Below are positions 18,224 through 28,872 of a stretch of 64,000 bases of DNA, in pieces. Each line of letters begins with the position of its first letter. The first letter of the stretch is position 1. The notes under the pieces were generated by a model, which was given only the letters and a program-made list of their open reading frames with translations, was not told where the DNA came from and searched no databases. This stretch comes from Candidatus Nomurabacteria bacterium (GTDB lineage: Bacteria; Patescibacteriota; Patescibacteriia; HK-STAS-PATE-3). The stretch is from NCBI GenBank assembly GCA_023898465.1, contig CP060223.1:736001-800000 (forward strand). Direction: 5' to 3'. The position numbers and the translations under genes are program-made.

Positions 18224-19435
18224 CTAGAGCATTTTCTTTCGGATGAAGGCTGGGATTTCCAGCTCCTCTTCCTCTTTTGTTTTCTCTGTACCGCTATCAC
18301 TGACTGGTCGCGATACCTCTGGAGTAATACGCTTCGGTTTTGGGGCTGGCTCCTCGCGCTTGAAGTCCATTTCCGGCTCATCATCCATAAACGAGGTGCT
18401 GTGCTTTGGCTCGTCTTGGGCAATTGGCGAGATAGTAGGCATCTTTTTCATCACTGGGCGCTTCCCATCCTTACCAAAGCCAGTCGCGATAACCGTAATC
18501 TTAATTTCATCACCAAGTGATTGATCAATCACAGAGCCAAAGATAACCTTAGCGTTTGCATCAGCAGAACTGGTAATAACTTTAGCCGCCTCATTGACTT
18601 CGTACATGGATAACTTCTCGCCACCAGAGATGGTGAAGAGGATGCCATGTGCGCCATCGATAGAAAGCTCGAGCAAAGGAGAATCAATGGCCGCCTTAGC
18701 TGCTTCAGTAGCACGATTTTCGCCAGTGGAGCGACCAATACCCATCAGTGCGGTACCAGCATTTTGCATAATCGCCTTCACGTCAGCAAAGTCGACGTTG
18801 ATAAGACCTGGAACGGTAATCAATTCAGCGATACCCTGCACGCCCTGACGCAACACATCATCAACGATTGCGAAAGATTCCAGTAAGGAAGTTTTCTTAT
18901 CAATAATTTGTAAGAGTCGATCATTAGGAATAGTAATGATGGTGTCTACTCGATCAGCTAATTCGCTGTGTCCGCTCTCGGCAATTGAATTACGCTGCGC
19001 ACCTTCAAAACTAAATGGCTTCGTAACAACAGCTACTGTTAAAGCGCCAACGTCCTTGGCGATTTCAGCAATCACTGGGGCAGCACCAGTACCAGTGCCT
19101 CCGCCCAAACCACAGGTGATGAAAACCATATCAGAGCCTTTTAAGAGGTCGTGAATTTCATCCTGACTCTCTTCAGCGGCTTTGCGGCCCACATCGGGAT
19201 CCATACCAGCGCCTAAACCACGAGTGGTGGCTTTACCAATATGCACCTTAGTTGAAGCTGAATTATGGTGAAGGGCTTGCGCGTCAGTATTTACGGCAAT
19301 AAACTCGATGCCACGAATATGCGCATCGATCATGCGGTTGACTGCTGATCCACCGGATCCCCCGACTCCGATGACCTTTATTTTCGCGAATGTTTCAACT
19401 GGCGGCTTTACTTCTGTTGGTGATTGTTTAGGCAT
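18224..19435 (-). CDS. ftsZ: Cell division protein FtsZ
   Basis: Tubulin signature [11 protein letters not shown]-terminal conserved peptide EIPAFIRKK. Confidence 0.95.
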   Translation of the reverse strand: MPKQSPTEVKPPVETFAKIKVIGVGGSGGSAVNRMIDAHIRGIEFIAVNTDAQALHHNSASTKVHIGKATTRGLGAGMDPDVGRKAAEESQDEIHDLLKGSDMVFITCGLGGGTGTGAAPVIAEIAKDVGALTVAVVTKPFSFEGAQRNSIAESGHSELADRVDTIITIPNDRLLQIIDKKTSLLESFAIVDDVLRQGVQGIAELITVPGLINVDFADVKAIMQNAGTALMGIGRSTGENRATEAAKAAIDSPLLELSIDGAHGILFTISGGEKLSMYEVNEAAKVITSSADANAKVIFGSVIDQSLGDEIKITVIATGFGKDGKRPVMKKMPTISPIAQDEPKHSTSFMDDEPEMDFKREEPAPKPKRITPEVSRPVSDSGTEKTKEEEELEIPAFIRKKML

Positions 19436-19520
19436 GATGCGAACAATTGAAGCTAATCCTTCGTGCTGATAGTGTAGCGACCAAAGCGGTCTTCTGTCAA
19501 TCTAAGCGTTAGGGAAAAAT

Positions 19521-20759
19521 CTAGGGTAAAAATGACTTCAGCCAATCCTTCACTTTTCCAGTAGCATCTCGGACTGAATGAAGCTTATTCAAGGAAAGTC
19601 GAGGGCCAGTATCAAGACCAGCTCCCCAGGCTAATAAGCCAATTGCCGTGGTATAAGTGGGCTCTTGCACCTTATCTATGGCCGTAACCACATTTGTTGG
19701 CATACCAACGCTGGCAGGCAAACGAAATTGTTTTTTAGCAACATCCACTAGTCCTGGCAGTTTTGCTCCACCGCCAGTTAAGACGATCCCGGCTGGCAAG
19801 CGACCAGAGCGGTCAATTGACTGTAACTCTTTATCAACCATGGAAAAAATTTCCTCAGTGCGAGCTTCCAGAATTTCGGCGACGTGTCGTCGTGAAACCG
19901 TAGCATTATCGCCTCCCTCGTAATCGCTCAGAGTTATCTCTTCGCGCTTCTGCACTTCATCAGGGATCGCGCTGCCATGTTCGAGTTTAATCTTCTCTGC
20001 GACATCGATAGAGGTGCGTAAGCCAATCGCAATGTCATTGGTCAGATGATTTCCACCAACCGGTAATACCTTGGTATGCAGGACGTCGCCTTCCTCAAAA
20101 ACAACTAAGGAGGTGGTACTAGCACCAATATTCACTAAAGCCACACCTAATTCCCGCTGACGCTTTGATAGCGTCGCTTCAGCACAGGCGAGAATCCCGA
20201 GCACCAAGTCATCAACATGAATACCCGTGCGATACACACATTTGGTGAGGTTCTTAATTTGAGAGGAGAGACCCTGAATAATCTGCACGTCTACTTCTAA
20301 GCGCAGGCCAGTCATACCGACCGGATCCTTCACTCCCTCTTGATTATCTACAGTAAACAAACGAGGAATAACGTGGAGAGTTTCATAATTCGGCGGAGTG
20401 GCAACAGCCTGCGCTGCGTCAACAACTCGCTCCACATCATCATCTTTTATTTCTCCATCAGCTTTTGCCACAGCCACCACACCATGACTATCCTGGGAGG
20501 TGATGTGCGTACCTGTCATGCCCACGATAGCTTGCTCGATTGGCAAGCCGGACATACGTTCTGCTCGCTCTAAGGCAGTGGAAATTGAGGTAACCGCATC
20601 TTCGATACTGGTGATCGAACCTTTGCTAATACCTTCGGACGGGCTTTCAGCAGCGCCCAGTATTTGTAATGAATGATCAGCCGGATTTCGTTGGCCAACC
20701 ACAACCCGGATCATGTGTGATCCGATATCCAGGCCTGTAAATACCACATCTTTTGCCAT
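19521..20759 (-). CDS. ftsA: Cell division protein FtsA
   Basis: Actin-like ATPase fold. Sits immediately upstream of ftsZ. Confidence 0.9.
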   Translation of the reverse strand: MAKDVVFTGLDIGSHMIRVVVGQRNPADHSLQILGAAESPSEGISKGSITSIEDAVTSISTALERAERMSGLPIEQAIVGMTGTHITSQDSHGVVAVAKADGEIKDDDVERVVDAAQAVATPPNYETLHVIPRLFTVDNQEGVKDPVGMTGLRLEVDVQIIQGLSSQIKNLTKCVYRTGIHVDDLVLGILACAEATLSKRQRELGVALVNIGASTTSLVVFEEGDVLHTKVLPVGGNHLTNDIAIGLRTSIDVAEKIKLEHGSAIPDEVQKREEITLSDYEGGDNATVSRRHVAEILEARTEEIFSMVDKELQSIDRSGRLPAGIVLTGGGAKLPGLVDVAKKQFRLPASVGMPTNVVTAIDKVQEPTYTTAIGLLAWGAGLDTGPRLSLNKLHSVRDATGKVKDWLKSFLP

Positions 20760-20776
20760 ACCTGCTATTCCTTAAA

Positions 20777-21154
20777 CTAGGTGTTAAATAAAGAAATGAC
20801 GTGAGGGAGAACAATGAGCGCCACGATGAGCAATCCTACGAAAGAAGCAATCAGGACTGCTCCAGCCATAATGTCCTTAATCATTTGGACATAGGTATGG
20901 ATGCGGGGCTCAACAATATCAGTTAACTTTTCAAATGCGCTATTCAGTAACTCGAGAATCAGGATAAGCGCACATATTAAGAGCAACGTAATTATTTCCC
21001 AAGTCTGCAAAGGGAAAATAATGATGAAGAGAATGACGATAGCCACTGCGCCGGTCAGCACTCGGAAATTTTGTTCCTGCTGCCAAGTGGTTCGCAAACC
21101 TCTGATTGCGTAGCGGAAACTTTTGCGCAAAAGAGAGAAACTGAGAAAGCTCAT
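20777..21154 (-). CDS. dgkA: Diacylglycerol/undecaprenol kinase (DgkA family)
   Basis: 125-aa three-TM protein with the DgkA signature region (…ELLNSAFE…). Confidence 0.8.
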   Translation of the reverse strand: MSFLSFSLLRKSFRYAIRGLRTTWQQEQNFRVLTGAVAIVILFIIIFPLQTWEIITLLLICALILILELLNSAFEKLTDIVEPRIHTYVQMIKDIMAGAVLIASFVGLLIVALIVLPHVISLFNT

Positions 21155-21603
21155 GACCGTGCTTTTGTGAGATAGTCTTTCACTTTATCCTCCCAAGCGC
21201 GCATTATGCGTCGCTCCCCTACTTTGTGATGATCGTGTCCGAGCAAATGCAGATAACCATGGATAAGCAGATCGCGTAACTCCTCTTTAACCGGTCGTTT
21301 CCGTCGATCTGCCTGACGTTGCATTTGATCAGGCGCAATAATCAGCTCGCCAAAAGGGAAATCATCTGAGGAAGCATCCTGGTCACCCTCCATAGTATAC
21401 GTGAAAGAGAGCACATCCGTCACGCGATCAATTTTCCGGTAGCGCTTATTGAGGCGCCGTACTTCTTGATCAGGGAGGAAGGTAACTACAACAGAGTGTT
21501 CCGAATCTTTGGTTTCAGTTAGCTTAGCAGCTGCTTGGATTACTTGGCGAATCCAAGTGGTTGAAAGGTGCGCGGGGGTCTGATTAACAACAGTAATACG
21601 CAT
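21151..21603 (-). CDS. ybeY: rRNA maturation endoribonuclease YbeY
   Basis: HGYLHLLGHDH zinc-binding motif. Confidence 0.85.
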   Translation of the reverse strand: MRITVVNQTPAHLSTTWIRQVIQAAAKLTETKDSEHSVVVTFLPDQEVRRLNKRYRKIDRVTDVLSFTYTMEGDQDASSDDFPFGELIIAPDQMQRQADRRKRPVKEELRDLLIHGYLHLLGHDHHKVGERRIMRAWEDKVKDYLTKARS

Positions 21604-21606
21604 CAG

Positions 21607-22743
21607 CTAGGACGAAGAGCTCGTCAAGCGGAAGCTCTGATACATCATATCAAAAGTCGTCTGGAAATTGAGTGCTGTCAGTTGGCTTACCGCGTAATGA
21701 ATCACGTAAATCTTATCAGCTTTTCCTAAGTACACATCCTCACCAGTCGGGCTCTTTACGCCTTCTAGACCATTCACCACCACATCCTCCAAATCACTGG
21801 AGCTCACGCCTGTATTTAGGGAAAGATAGTAATTTCGGGCGCTTAGCTTTGTTGGGTTATCCTCAACAATAACCTGGATAGTCTCACCAGTTGGATTCGT
21901 AGGCAAAAACTGCACAGTACGGCTATTTTGATCAGTAGCCGAAGCAACCCATTGGGTTGGATAGAGCATAGTGTAGTTAAAGCTGGTGTTGGTAAAGCTT
22001 CGCACTAAGCCTGTGGTATCTAAACGACCGATTCCGCGTGGATTGTAGCCGAGATAGACCTCACCAACGATTTCTGAGGCGCTGTTGACGCGCTTTCCGT
22101 CAATGAAGCCATCTCCATCAGTATCAGGTTGTGTGGCTTCGGTGCCATAGAGCTGCTCTTCCACATCGGTTAAACCATCATCATCGCTATCTAGGGTTGA
22201 TGGCAAAGGTTCAGTTCGAGTGCCCGTGGTATTCGTATTTGTCGTCGTATTTGTATTCGCGCTGTTCGTGTTGGTGGACGTATTGGTATTTTGATTCGTT
22301 ACCACACTATTCGTGTTCTGATTACTTACCGTGTTGGTATTTTGATTAGACACAGTATTCGTATTTCCATTCTCATTCCCATTCGTCACGTTCGCGTTAT
22401 TGGTATTCTGCGAAGCATTACTATTTGCTGAGGTGTTTGTGTTGCTGGTATTGAGATTAAGCTGGAAATTAGCCGCGTTTACGGTATTAGCATTGTCGTC
22501 AGCCGGAGACTGTACAAGGAAATAAACTGCCGCCGCAGCGCCTCCGCCGAGCAGTAAAGTAACCATAATGACAATCCAAAGCATGCGGTTTGGCTTGCCT
22601 GGTCGGCCTTTTTTCGCTTCTGGGTCCAAAAAACGATCCGGCATTACGTGGATATCATCGAAGTGCACCTTGGGGTTCTCGTTTGTATTTACCCCCGGTG
22701 TATTTTTTGGCTGTTGATCTTTGGAGTGATCTCTACCGAACAT
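21607..22743 (-). CDS. Membrane-anchored secreted protein with N/T-rich low-complexity linker and thrombospondin-type-3-like Ca-binding repeats
   Basis: N-terminal TM (LWIVIMVTLLLGGGAAAAVYFLV). Long NxNT repeats. DSDDDGLTDVEE…DTDGDGFIDGKR motifs. Confidence 0.5.
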   Translation of the reverse strand: MFGRDHSKDQQPKNTPGVNTNENPKVHFDDIHVMPDRFLDPEAKKGRPGKPNRMLWIVIMVTLLLGGGAAAAVYFLVQSPADDNANTVNAANFQLNLNTSNTNTSANSNASQNTNNANVTNGNENGNTNTVSNQNTNTVSNQNTNSVVTNQNTNTSTNTNSANTNTTTNTNTTGTRTEPLPSTLDSDDDGLTDVEEQLYGTEATQPDTDGDGFIDGKRVNSASEIVGEVYLGYNPRGIGRLDTTGLVRSFTNTSFNYTMLYPTQWVASATDQNSRTVQFLPTNPTGETIQVIVEDNPTKLSARNYYLSLNTGVSSSDLEDVVVNGLEGVKSPTGEDVYLGKADKIYVIHYAVSQLTALNFQTTFDMMYQSFRLTSSSS

Positions 22744-22751
22744 GACAAGCG

Positions 22752-23252
22752 TTATTGATTGACGTTGAGATTCGCGCGCGAGTTTTGAAAGTCGAGCAAC
22801 GAACCAGGTCCATTTGGATTAAAACGGTCTTTTACTTCTTCACCATCGAGAAATCCGTCACGGTCTGTATCGGCGACCAGCGGATCTGTCTGATATACCT
22901 CGACTTCTTCTCGATCGAATAAGAAATCAGAATCAGTGTCCACTCGAGTTGGGTCTGTGCCCAGCTCAGCCTCTTCGGCATCAGTAAGTCCATCCCCATC
23001 AGTGTCAGTCTCATCAGGATTTTGATCTGCTCCAGAACGTAATGACAGAGCATTTGTATTTGCACTGCTATTCGTGGTGCTATTGTTTACGCCGTTTTCT
23101 GTAGTGCTCTGTTTTGGCCAGTAGCGAAGAGCGAGGAGGACGATGATAAGAAGAGCAAGACTGACTATGAGTATACGAAGAATCAGCCCTTTTGACAATG
23201 CTCGAGATGGCTGAGATGAACTCATTTGTTGTTCAGGCGCTTCTTGGGGCAT
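22752..23252 (-). CDS. Membrane-anchored protein with thrombospondin-type-3-like DxDxDG repeats
   Basis: TM helix followed by N/S/T-rich linker. DTDGDGLTDAEE, DTDSDFLFDREE and DTDRDGFLDGEE repeats. Confidence 0.5.
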   Translation of the reverse strand: MPQEAPEQQMSSSQPSRALSKGLILRILIVSLALLIIVLLALRYWPKQSTTENGVNNSTTNSSANTNALSLRSGADQNPDETDTDGDGLTDAEEAELGTDPTRVDTDSDFLFDREEVEVYQTDPLVADTDRDGFLDGEEVKDRFNPNGPGSLLDFQNSRANLNVNQ

Positions 23253-23255
23253 AAC

Positions 23256-26200
23256 TTATGGTCTCTGATAATTAAAGCATGAGCAGCTGGAATTTCCTAG
23301 CGTATCAAAACTGCAAGGGTCGCCCAGTGGAGCTCCGGTCCACTTCCCTGGTCCGTCATACTCCATTTCAGCATACAGGGAGTAATTATTTGCCTCTTTA
23401 CACACGCCAGATCCGCCGCAGTCAGCATTAGATCGACAGGCAACACCACTTCCCTCGCATACTCGACTGGAGATGTAGGCGTAAATATTTGAACCGTTAG
23501 GGTCGCAGTAGAAGGTCTTGGTAGGCTCATTCCAGCAGGTTGTTTGCTCGTAGCCAGCCGGACAGGATCCAAATTGGTTGAGTGGATCAACACTCATACT
23601 ACGGCCAAGTGCATTACCCAAAGTGCTTTGCCAAGAAGGCCACTTAGAAGTACTCATGCCGAGGAGGAAGCTACCAGCTTCAAGGGATGGATAATGGCCA
23701 TTACTGGTGAAGTACTTTTCTAAACCAATGCTGGTATCCTGCAGATCTGCCAGGCGCTTGGTGTCTCGAATAATTTTTGCCTTATTCTCCGGGCCAATAC
23801 TTCCATTGGTATTCATTTTAATACGATTCAACATTTGCTGAAAAATATTGCGAGTGGCATCGTTTGCTCCATCGTTATAAGAAAGCACAAAAATGTGCGG
23901 TACCAATGAAGGAATCGCGTCAAATAAGTTGGTGCCAGCTAAGTAGACAGTCCGCCCATCTCGTAAGGCCTGATAACCATCTATAGTAGTCGATGATGGA
24001 GTGCTCGTAGCAAATGGGAACTGACGACGGTACCATTCTAGCGGTGACAAACCTTCGGAGTTTTGATATACCCGCACGCCAATGGCATCAATAGCATTCG
24101 AATCTGCTTCTTTAAACAAATACTGCTTCTGTACGTCTCCGGTCTGTCCTTTGATAACCTGCAAGTCAAAATTCGGCAACGTACTGTCATTATCACGACA
24201 ATACCCTAGGTGGAAATGATAGTCCTCACACCCTCCGCCCAGACTACAATTTCCCGCACTATCATCAAAATTCCATGCATCTGCACATCGGAAATAATCC
24301 ACTAAGGCCGAGCCGCGTTTCTCAGTGCCATCAGTGCTAACAGAGGCGGTGGCGGAAATAACGGCTTGGCCATTTTCTGCACCGGTCTTTGCTACATTCG
24401 TCGCACTTCCATCCGGCAGCTCCTGAGGATCAGTTAAGGTCGCTACCGTCGTAGTATCAATATCCCAGGACCAATCCCATTCATAGACGCCTGGAATCTC
24501 ATTTATCGGCCCTGAATCACTGCGTGGAGTAGCAGTAAAGAGCTGCTCCTGTCCCTCGGTATCAGCATTCCAAAGCGCTGGAGTGATATCCACGCCGGTT
24601 AATGCGCACACGCTGTCACTATCCACGCTAGTAAAGACCCAGGAGTAATTTGGCATGAGTACGCCGTCTGCACCTCGCAAGCCGTTCAATTCCGTACGAT
24701 ACGCAGTGTTCTTTAAGAGCAGACCAGGGTTCACCCGCAGCTGCGTGGCACTCTTTGCCGTAAAGGTAATGGGGACGCTATTGCCTACGCATCCGCCTGT
24801 TGTACAAACACCTGAAGCACACTCAGTACCCTCCGAACATGCCTCACCTTCACTAAGGCCTCCATCTACGGTCACAATCACCGTATCTGTGGTCATCGTG
24901 CTGACGTCCATAGCCTGGGCAAAATTGGCTTCGATGCTGGTATTGCGACACACGTCAGTATCGCCTGGATTTGGTCGGGTGCTGCTCACACTTGGTTGCG
25001 GCGCACAGCAGCCGGAATTTGCACAGCCATTCCCTACTGAACAATCACTATCAGCCACACAAACCTGACAACTTGGTGCGGTAATGGTGAAAGGGAAAGC
25101 ATTGCTGTCCCCGGCAGCCTTATGCACCACAGTATTCACTGTACCAGTAGGCAGGCCAAGCGGCACTAACACGTCGATTAACGCATCCACCCAGCCATTA
25201 AAGACACTCACATCAATACCTGAGAAACGGACGGCATCGCTTGCTTCTTGTGTGCCAAAATTTTGACCAATAATTTTTACCGGCTGTGCCTCTTGGCCGC
25301 TGTTTGGTTGCAAGGCACAAATGCCAGGTAGGATATTGCTGTTTACATCAAAGTCAGGAAGTATGGGCTCGCCCGTCGCGGCGTCATTAGTGCTATCACT
25401 TACCCCGTCTAAGCCACGCACAACGGTGATCGGACCATCAACTGCATCATCACCAGCTGGTGTGTTTCGATTTGGCACCTCGCTCGCCACAATCACGTTG
25501 TTCCGCCACAGCGCAGGAGGATTTGGACAAATATCACTATTAGCCCACAGGCCTTCTTTATCGCTTGAGTAGCGTACCTGACTATTGCCAACGCAAGTAC
25601 CACCCGGACAATCATTGTAGGTAGTGGTACAGCTAGCACCGTCATTATCACCACCAGAGCAGGTACCTGCCACATAGGATCCGAAATAACAACCATTGAT
25701 GGTTAACCAAGTGCCAATATCTCCACCGTTTGGGCTATAACCAGTGATAACTGGAGTACAGCGATGTTCTGCATTGTTACAGGTGCTTCCTCCACAGAGG
25801 CCGCCCTGCGTACAGTCAGTTGTTTCGTCACACCAGAGGAAATCAATGGTGAGATCGGAAGTATCATATTTACCGCTCCATGAACCCCGCACAGTAGCGT
25901 AGTCAGGAGCAGGTGGAAGTGTTGTTTCTTGTACGGCATGTACCGTAGCTACATCGTCACTAGTATCAGAGTCTGTGGCAAAGTCAGCGTCACCGCTTGG
26001 ACTAACTGTCCAGGTCCAAGGCGTCCCATCAGTATCAATCTGCTGGCCTCCAGCATCACATTGATCAGGGGAAGCATAGGCTTTGCCATAGAAATTTCGT
26101 TCACCATCCTCAACAGTGATGAGCTGGCTAGGAGGCGTCACGGTAACGTGGTCAACCGCGCAAGAGCTTGGGTCATCTTTTGTTCTGAAAGTCCACTGAT

Positions 26201-28850
26201 AAGCTGGAGAGCCAAGGTAGGTCGTATTGGTATTCCCGATTTCCTCTCCACTTGATCCTAATACTCCACCGGGGCCGCCAATTAAGAGTGCAGCATACCA
26301 CTGACTAATCTGCAGTGAACCAACTGGATCAAACTCCAGGCGATCGGTGGCTGCATCATAGGTAATCCCCTCCACGCCGACATTGCCAGTAAAGCTGGTA
26401 CAACTGGCATCTGAGCACTTACGCAAAAGTATAGTGCTGGTAGTCAAAGTGCTCGCATTAATATCGATGCTCGAAGGGCCAAAAGTATTGTGCAGCACCA
26501 CGTTCGGACAAACTGCCTGGCAAGTAGGCCAAGGGTCGGTAACAAAAATTTGATTCGGTGGATAATCCTGTACCGTAAACGGGACTGGGTTTGAATCATT
26601 ATCACTCGCGTCAGTCACATAGACTGGGTGGGTGTTACTCGCTGCACCGCTCGGCACTTGTGACATGGCTGACGTATCAGACCAGCTGGAAATCGTAGCG
26701 GGCTGTCCGTTGTAATAAGTTACCCCGCCGGTAGCTGAACCAAAGCGGACACCGCGTGCCTCAACAGTCTGACCTCGATATCCGCTGCTTGGACTCATCG
26801 AAGCAAGGCAAGGACCCTGAGCGGCCGTATCAGAGTTTACTGAAAAAGCGATATTCGTATTTGATTCCTGCGTACCATAGGCCCCGTCGTCGTAATCAAT
26901 GGTTACCTGTGTGTACACCGAATTACCATTGCTGTAATCCTCAGGAATCGTCGTGACAATGTAGTTTGGTGCAGCTGGGTCATTGAGGCGCGGCGAAGTA
27001 TTGGTCGGCGGCGGAAAAGCCGGGTCAGTATCAAAGTCAGGATCACGCGGCTGAGCACTATGCGTATCAGTGCCAGTGAAACAACTTCCATAAATAGTCA
27101 CGCATTGCCCAGGTGGACCGTTGTTTGGATTTATGGCTGCTACAAAAGGCACACAGGTACAATTTTCTGCATCAGTGACACTGAAATTCCAATTACCTGC
27201 CAGAGTATTTCCATCGCCATCGATTTCTCGATCAGTGGTGATGCGGACATTGAAGTCAGAATTCTGACTCAGGTCATTATTCGGATCAAATTGGTATACC
27301 TTGAAACCGGCATTTGGCGAGCCTGGATTTGGATCAATGATGCGGAAGACGCCGCCCAAGCCAGCCACTTCGTAATCTGGCCCTGGCATTGAGGAGGGAG
27401 CCGGCATGGTTGCACTCATATCTACACCCGGTGTGGCAGGATTATCAATCTCGATAGTTACTGAGTAATCCCACATCGATAGGGTGAAGACTGTAGTAAT
27501 ATTTGTGCTTGGGCAAACATTTCCGCCCTGTGGGTCATAGGCAGCAATACCAGCCGTCAAATCATTGGTTTGGAATTCCCACACTTCGGGCGGTTGTAAG
27601 CCGTTTCCACACAGATCTTCTACGTTTTGTACCGTGATGCGATACCAAGTGAAAGACTCCAACATGGCGCCGTCAGTGAATCGAATATCTACCCGATTAT
27701 CTCCACCTGAGCTAACAACAAGGGAGTCACTGGAGACTGTTCCAATCACTGCGCCACCCTCTCCATCAAGCTGCTGGAGATCAAAAATGCCTGGAATAGG
27801 ATGACTATCAACATCAGCCAAGGAGCTAATATCAATTGCCTCACTAAACCAAATCGAGAGTAAAGGATCGCGTGGTACGTTTCGATCTGGATATCCTGGC
27901 TCAGCACTGATCACCGGGTAAGCTGAACTAACGCTAGGCACCGTCTCATCAACTACATCATTGGTAGTGAAATTCCAGCGATAATGATCACCCGCATCAA
28001 CACAGCCACCGTCAGCGGTACAGTTCGTTAAGCTCAAACCGCCAGTGCTCTCTAAGGTTTTTGGAATGAATAACGTGTAATCAGCAAATGAGTCAAAAAG
28101 CTCATCTGGATGCTTAAAGGTGAGGCTCTTATCTGATGAAGTGAAGATACCAGACACCTCAGCTCCCCCACCGGCATGTTCAAGCTTCAATGGATTGGTC
28201 GCGTCATTCACTGCCGCCTCCACCGTTGCCGAATCAACATTTAAATTGAAACGCGGCATCACTCGACTGCAACGATTCACGTTTTGAGAATTGTCCGGCC
28301 CATCATGCGCAGTTAAAATTTCATTCACGGTAAATTGACTACTTGGCAGCATACAAAGGGGTGATGGGTCAGGTACATTACACTGCGTCCCAGACGCATC
28401 ACAAAGCAGACAAACTCCGCATGGTAAACCCGGATCACACGAATAGGTGTCGCCATTGGTGACATTACTTACCGTGTTGATGACAAAGGTAACAATGGCC
28501 CAGGAAATGAGAATAATAACGAGACCAACTGCCGCGCTGATGATAATCTGTTTTGCTTTATCAACCTTGTCGGCATTTCCACCAGCCGTCATCCAAATAT
28601 ACCCACCGTAGATAACAAAAACTACCGCTACCAGGGCCATAATACCGAGAGCCCAACGGATGATATTTATGATAACGTCTTTGAGATCAGCCGTACCCAG
28701 ACCGATTGAGCTGCCGATGTTTTCTATGGTAAAAGCTGTCGACTGTGCAGCCGCCGGTGCAGGATGAAAAGCTACACTAAGGGCGAGTAAGATACCCCCA
28801 GTAAAAATAACCCCTGTAATGATTCCGAGTAATAGTCGTTTCACAAGCAT
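23256..28850 (-). CDS. Giant (1864 aa) Cys-rich cell-surface protein; N-terminal two-TM hairpin resembling T4SS-pilin (VirB2/TrbC-like) fold, followed by Ig-like/beta-rich repeats and Cys-rich modules
   Basis: N-terminus has two hydrophobic helices separated by MTAGGNADKVDKAKQ. The body carries many repeated C-x-S/T-G-x-C modules and a single uninterrupted frame. Its size and composition are typical of CPR giant surface proteins. Confidence 0.65.
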   Translation of the reverse strand: MLVKRLLLGIITGVIFTGGILLALSVAFHPAPAAAQSTAFTIENIGSSIGLGTADLKDVIINIIRWALGIMALVAVVFVIYGGYIWMTAGGNADKVDKAKQIIISAAVGLVIILISWAIVTFVINTVSNVTNGDTYSCDPGLPCGVCLLCDASGTQCNVPDPSPLCMLPSSQFTVNEILTAHDGPDNSQNVNRCSRVMPRFNLNVDSATVEAAVNDATNPLKLEHAGGGAEVSGIFTSSDKSLTFKHPDELFDSFADYTLFIPKTLESTGGLSLTNCTADGGCVDAGDHYRWNFTTNDVVDETVPSVSSAYPVISAEPGYPDRNVPRDPLLSIWFSEAIDISSLADVDSHPIPGIFDLQQLDGEGGAVIGTVSSDSLVVSSGGDNRVDIRFTDGAMLESFTWYRITVQNVEDLCGNGLQPPEVWEFQTNDLTAGIAAYDPQGGNVCPSTNITTVFTLSMWDYSVTIEIDNPATPGVDMSATMPAPSSMPGPDYEVAGLGGVFRIIDPNPGSPNAGFKVYQFDPNNDLSQNSDFNVRITTDREIDGDGNTLAGNWNFSVTDAENCTCVPFVAAINPNNGPPGQCVTIYGSCFTGTDTHSAQPRDPDFDTDPAFPPPTNTSPRLNDPAAPNYIVTTIPEDYSNGNSVYTQVTIDYDDGAYGTQESNTNIAFSVNSDTAAQGPCLASMSPSSGYRGQTVEARGVRFGSATGGVTYYNGQPATISSWSDTSAMSQVPSGAASNTHPVYVTDASDNDSNPVPFTVQDYPPNQIFVTDPWPTCQAVCPNVVLHNTFGPSSIDINASTLTTSTILLRKCSDASCTSFTGNVGVEGITYDAATDRLEFDPVGSLQISQWYAALLIGGPGGVLGSSGEEIGNTNTTYLGSPAYQWTFRTKDDPSSCAVDHVTVTPPSQLITVEDGERNFYGKAYASPDQCDAGGQQIDTDGTPWTWTVSPSGDADFATDSDTSDDVATVHAVQETTLPPAPDYATVRGSWSGKYDTSDLTIDFLWCDETTDCTQGGLCGGSTCNNAEHRCTPVITGYSPNGGDIGTWLTINGCYFGSYVAGTCSGGDNDGASCTTTYNDCPGGTCVGNSQVRYSSDKEGLWANSDICPNPPALWRNNVIVASEVPNRNTPAGDDAVDGPITVVRGLDGVSDSTNDAATGEPILPDFDVNSNILPGICALQPNSGQEAQPVKIIGQNFGTQEASDAVRFSGIDVSVFNGWVDALIDVLVPLGLPTGTVNTVVHKAAGDSNAFPFTITAPSCQVCVADSDCSVGNGCANSGCCAPQPSVSSTRPNPGDTDVCRNTSIEANFAQAMDVSTMTTDTVIVTVDGGLSEGEACSEGTECASGVCTTGGCVGNSVPITFTAKSATQLRVNPGLLLKNTAYRTELNGLRGADGVLMPNYSWVFTSVDSDSVCALTGVDITPALWNADTEGQEQLFTATPRSDSGPINEIPGVYEWDWSWDIDTTTVATLTDPQELPDGSATNVAKTGAENGQAVISATASVSTDGTEKRGSALVDYFRCADAWNFDDSAGNCSLGGGCEDYHFHLGYCRDNDSTLPNFDLQVIKGQTGDVQKQYLFKEADSNAIDAIGVRVYQNSEGLSPLEWYRRQFPFATSTPSSTTIDGYQALRDGRTVYLAGTNLFDAIPSLVPHIFVLSYNDGANDATRNIFQQMLNRIKMNTNGSIGPENKAKIIRDTKRLADLQDTSIGLEKYFTSNGHYPSLEAGSFLLGMSTSKWPSWQSTLGNALGRSMSVDPLNQFGSCPAGYEQTTCWNEPTKTFYCDPNGSNIYAYISSRVCEGSGVACRSNADCGGSGVCKEANNYSLYAEMEYDGPGKWTGAPLGDPCSFDTLGNSSCSCFNYQRP

Positions 28851-28872
28851 GGAAAGAAACGACGCGAAGTGC

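Noticed and set aside
24655-27804. Multiple plus-strand ORFs (e.g. 24655..25068, 25929..26255, 27060..27392) inside the giant-protein gene
   Set aside because: They are antisense to a continuous 5.6-kb reading frame with strong repeat/domain structure. Likely frame shadows.
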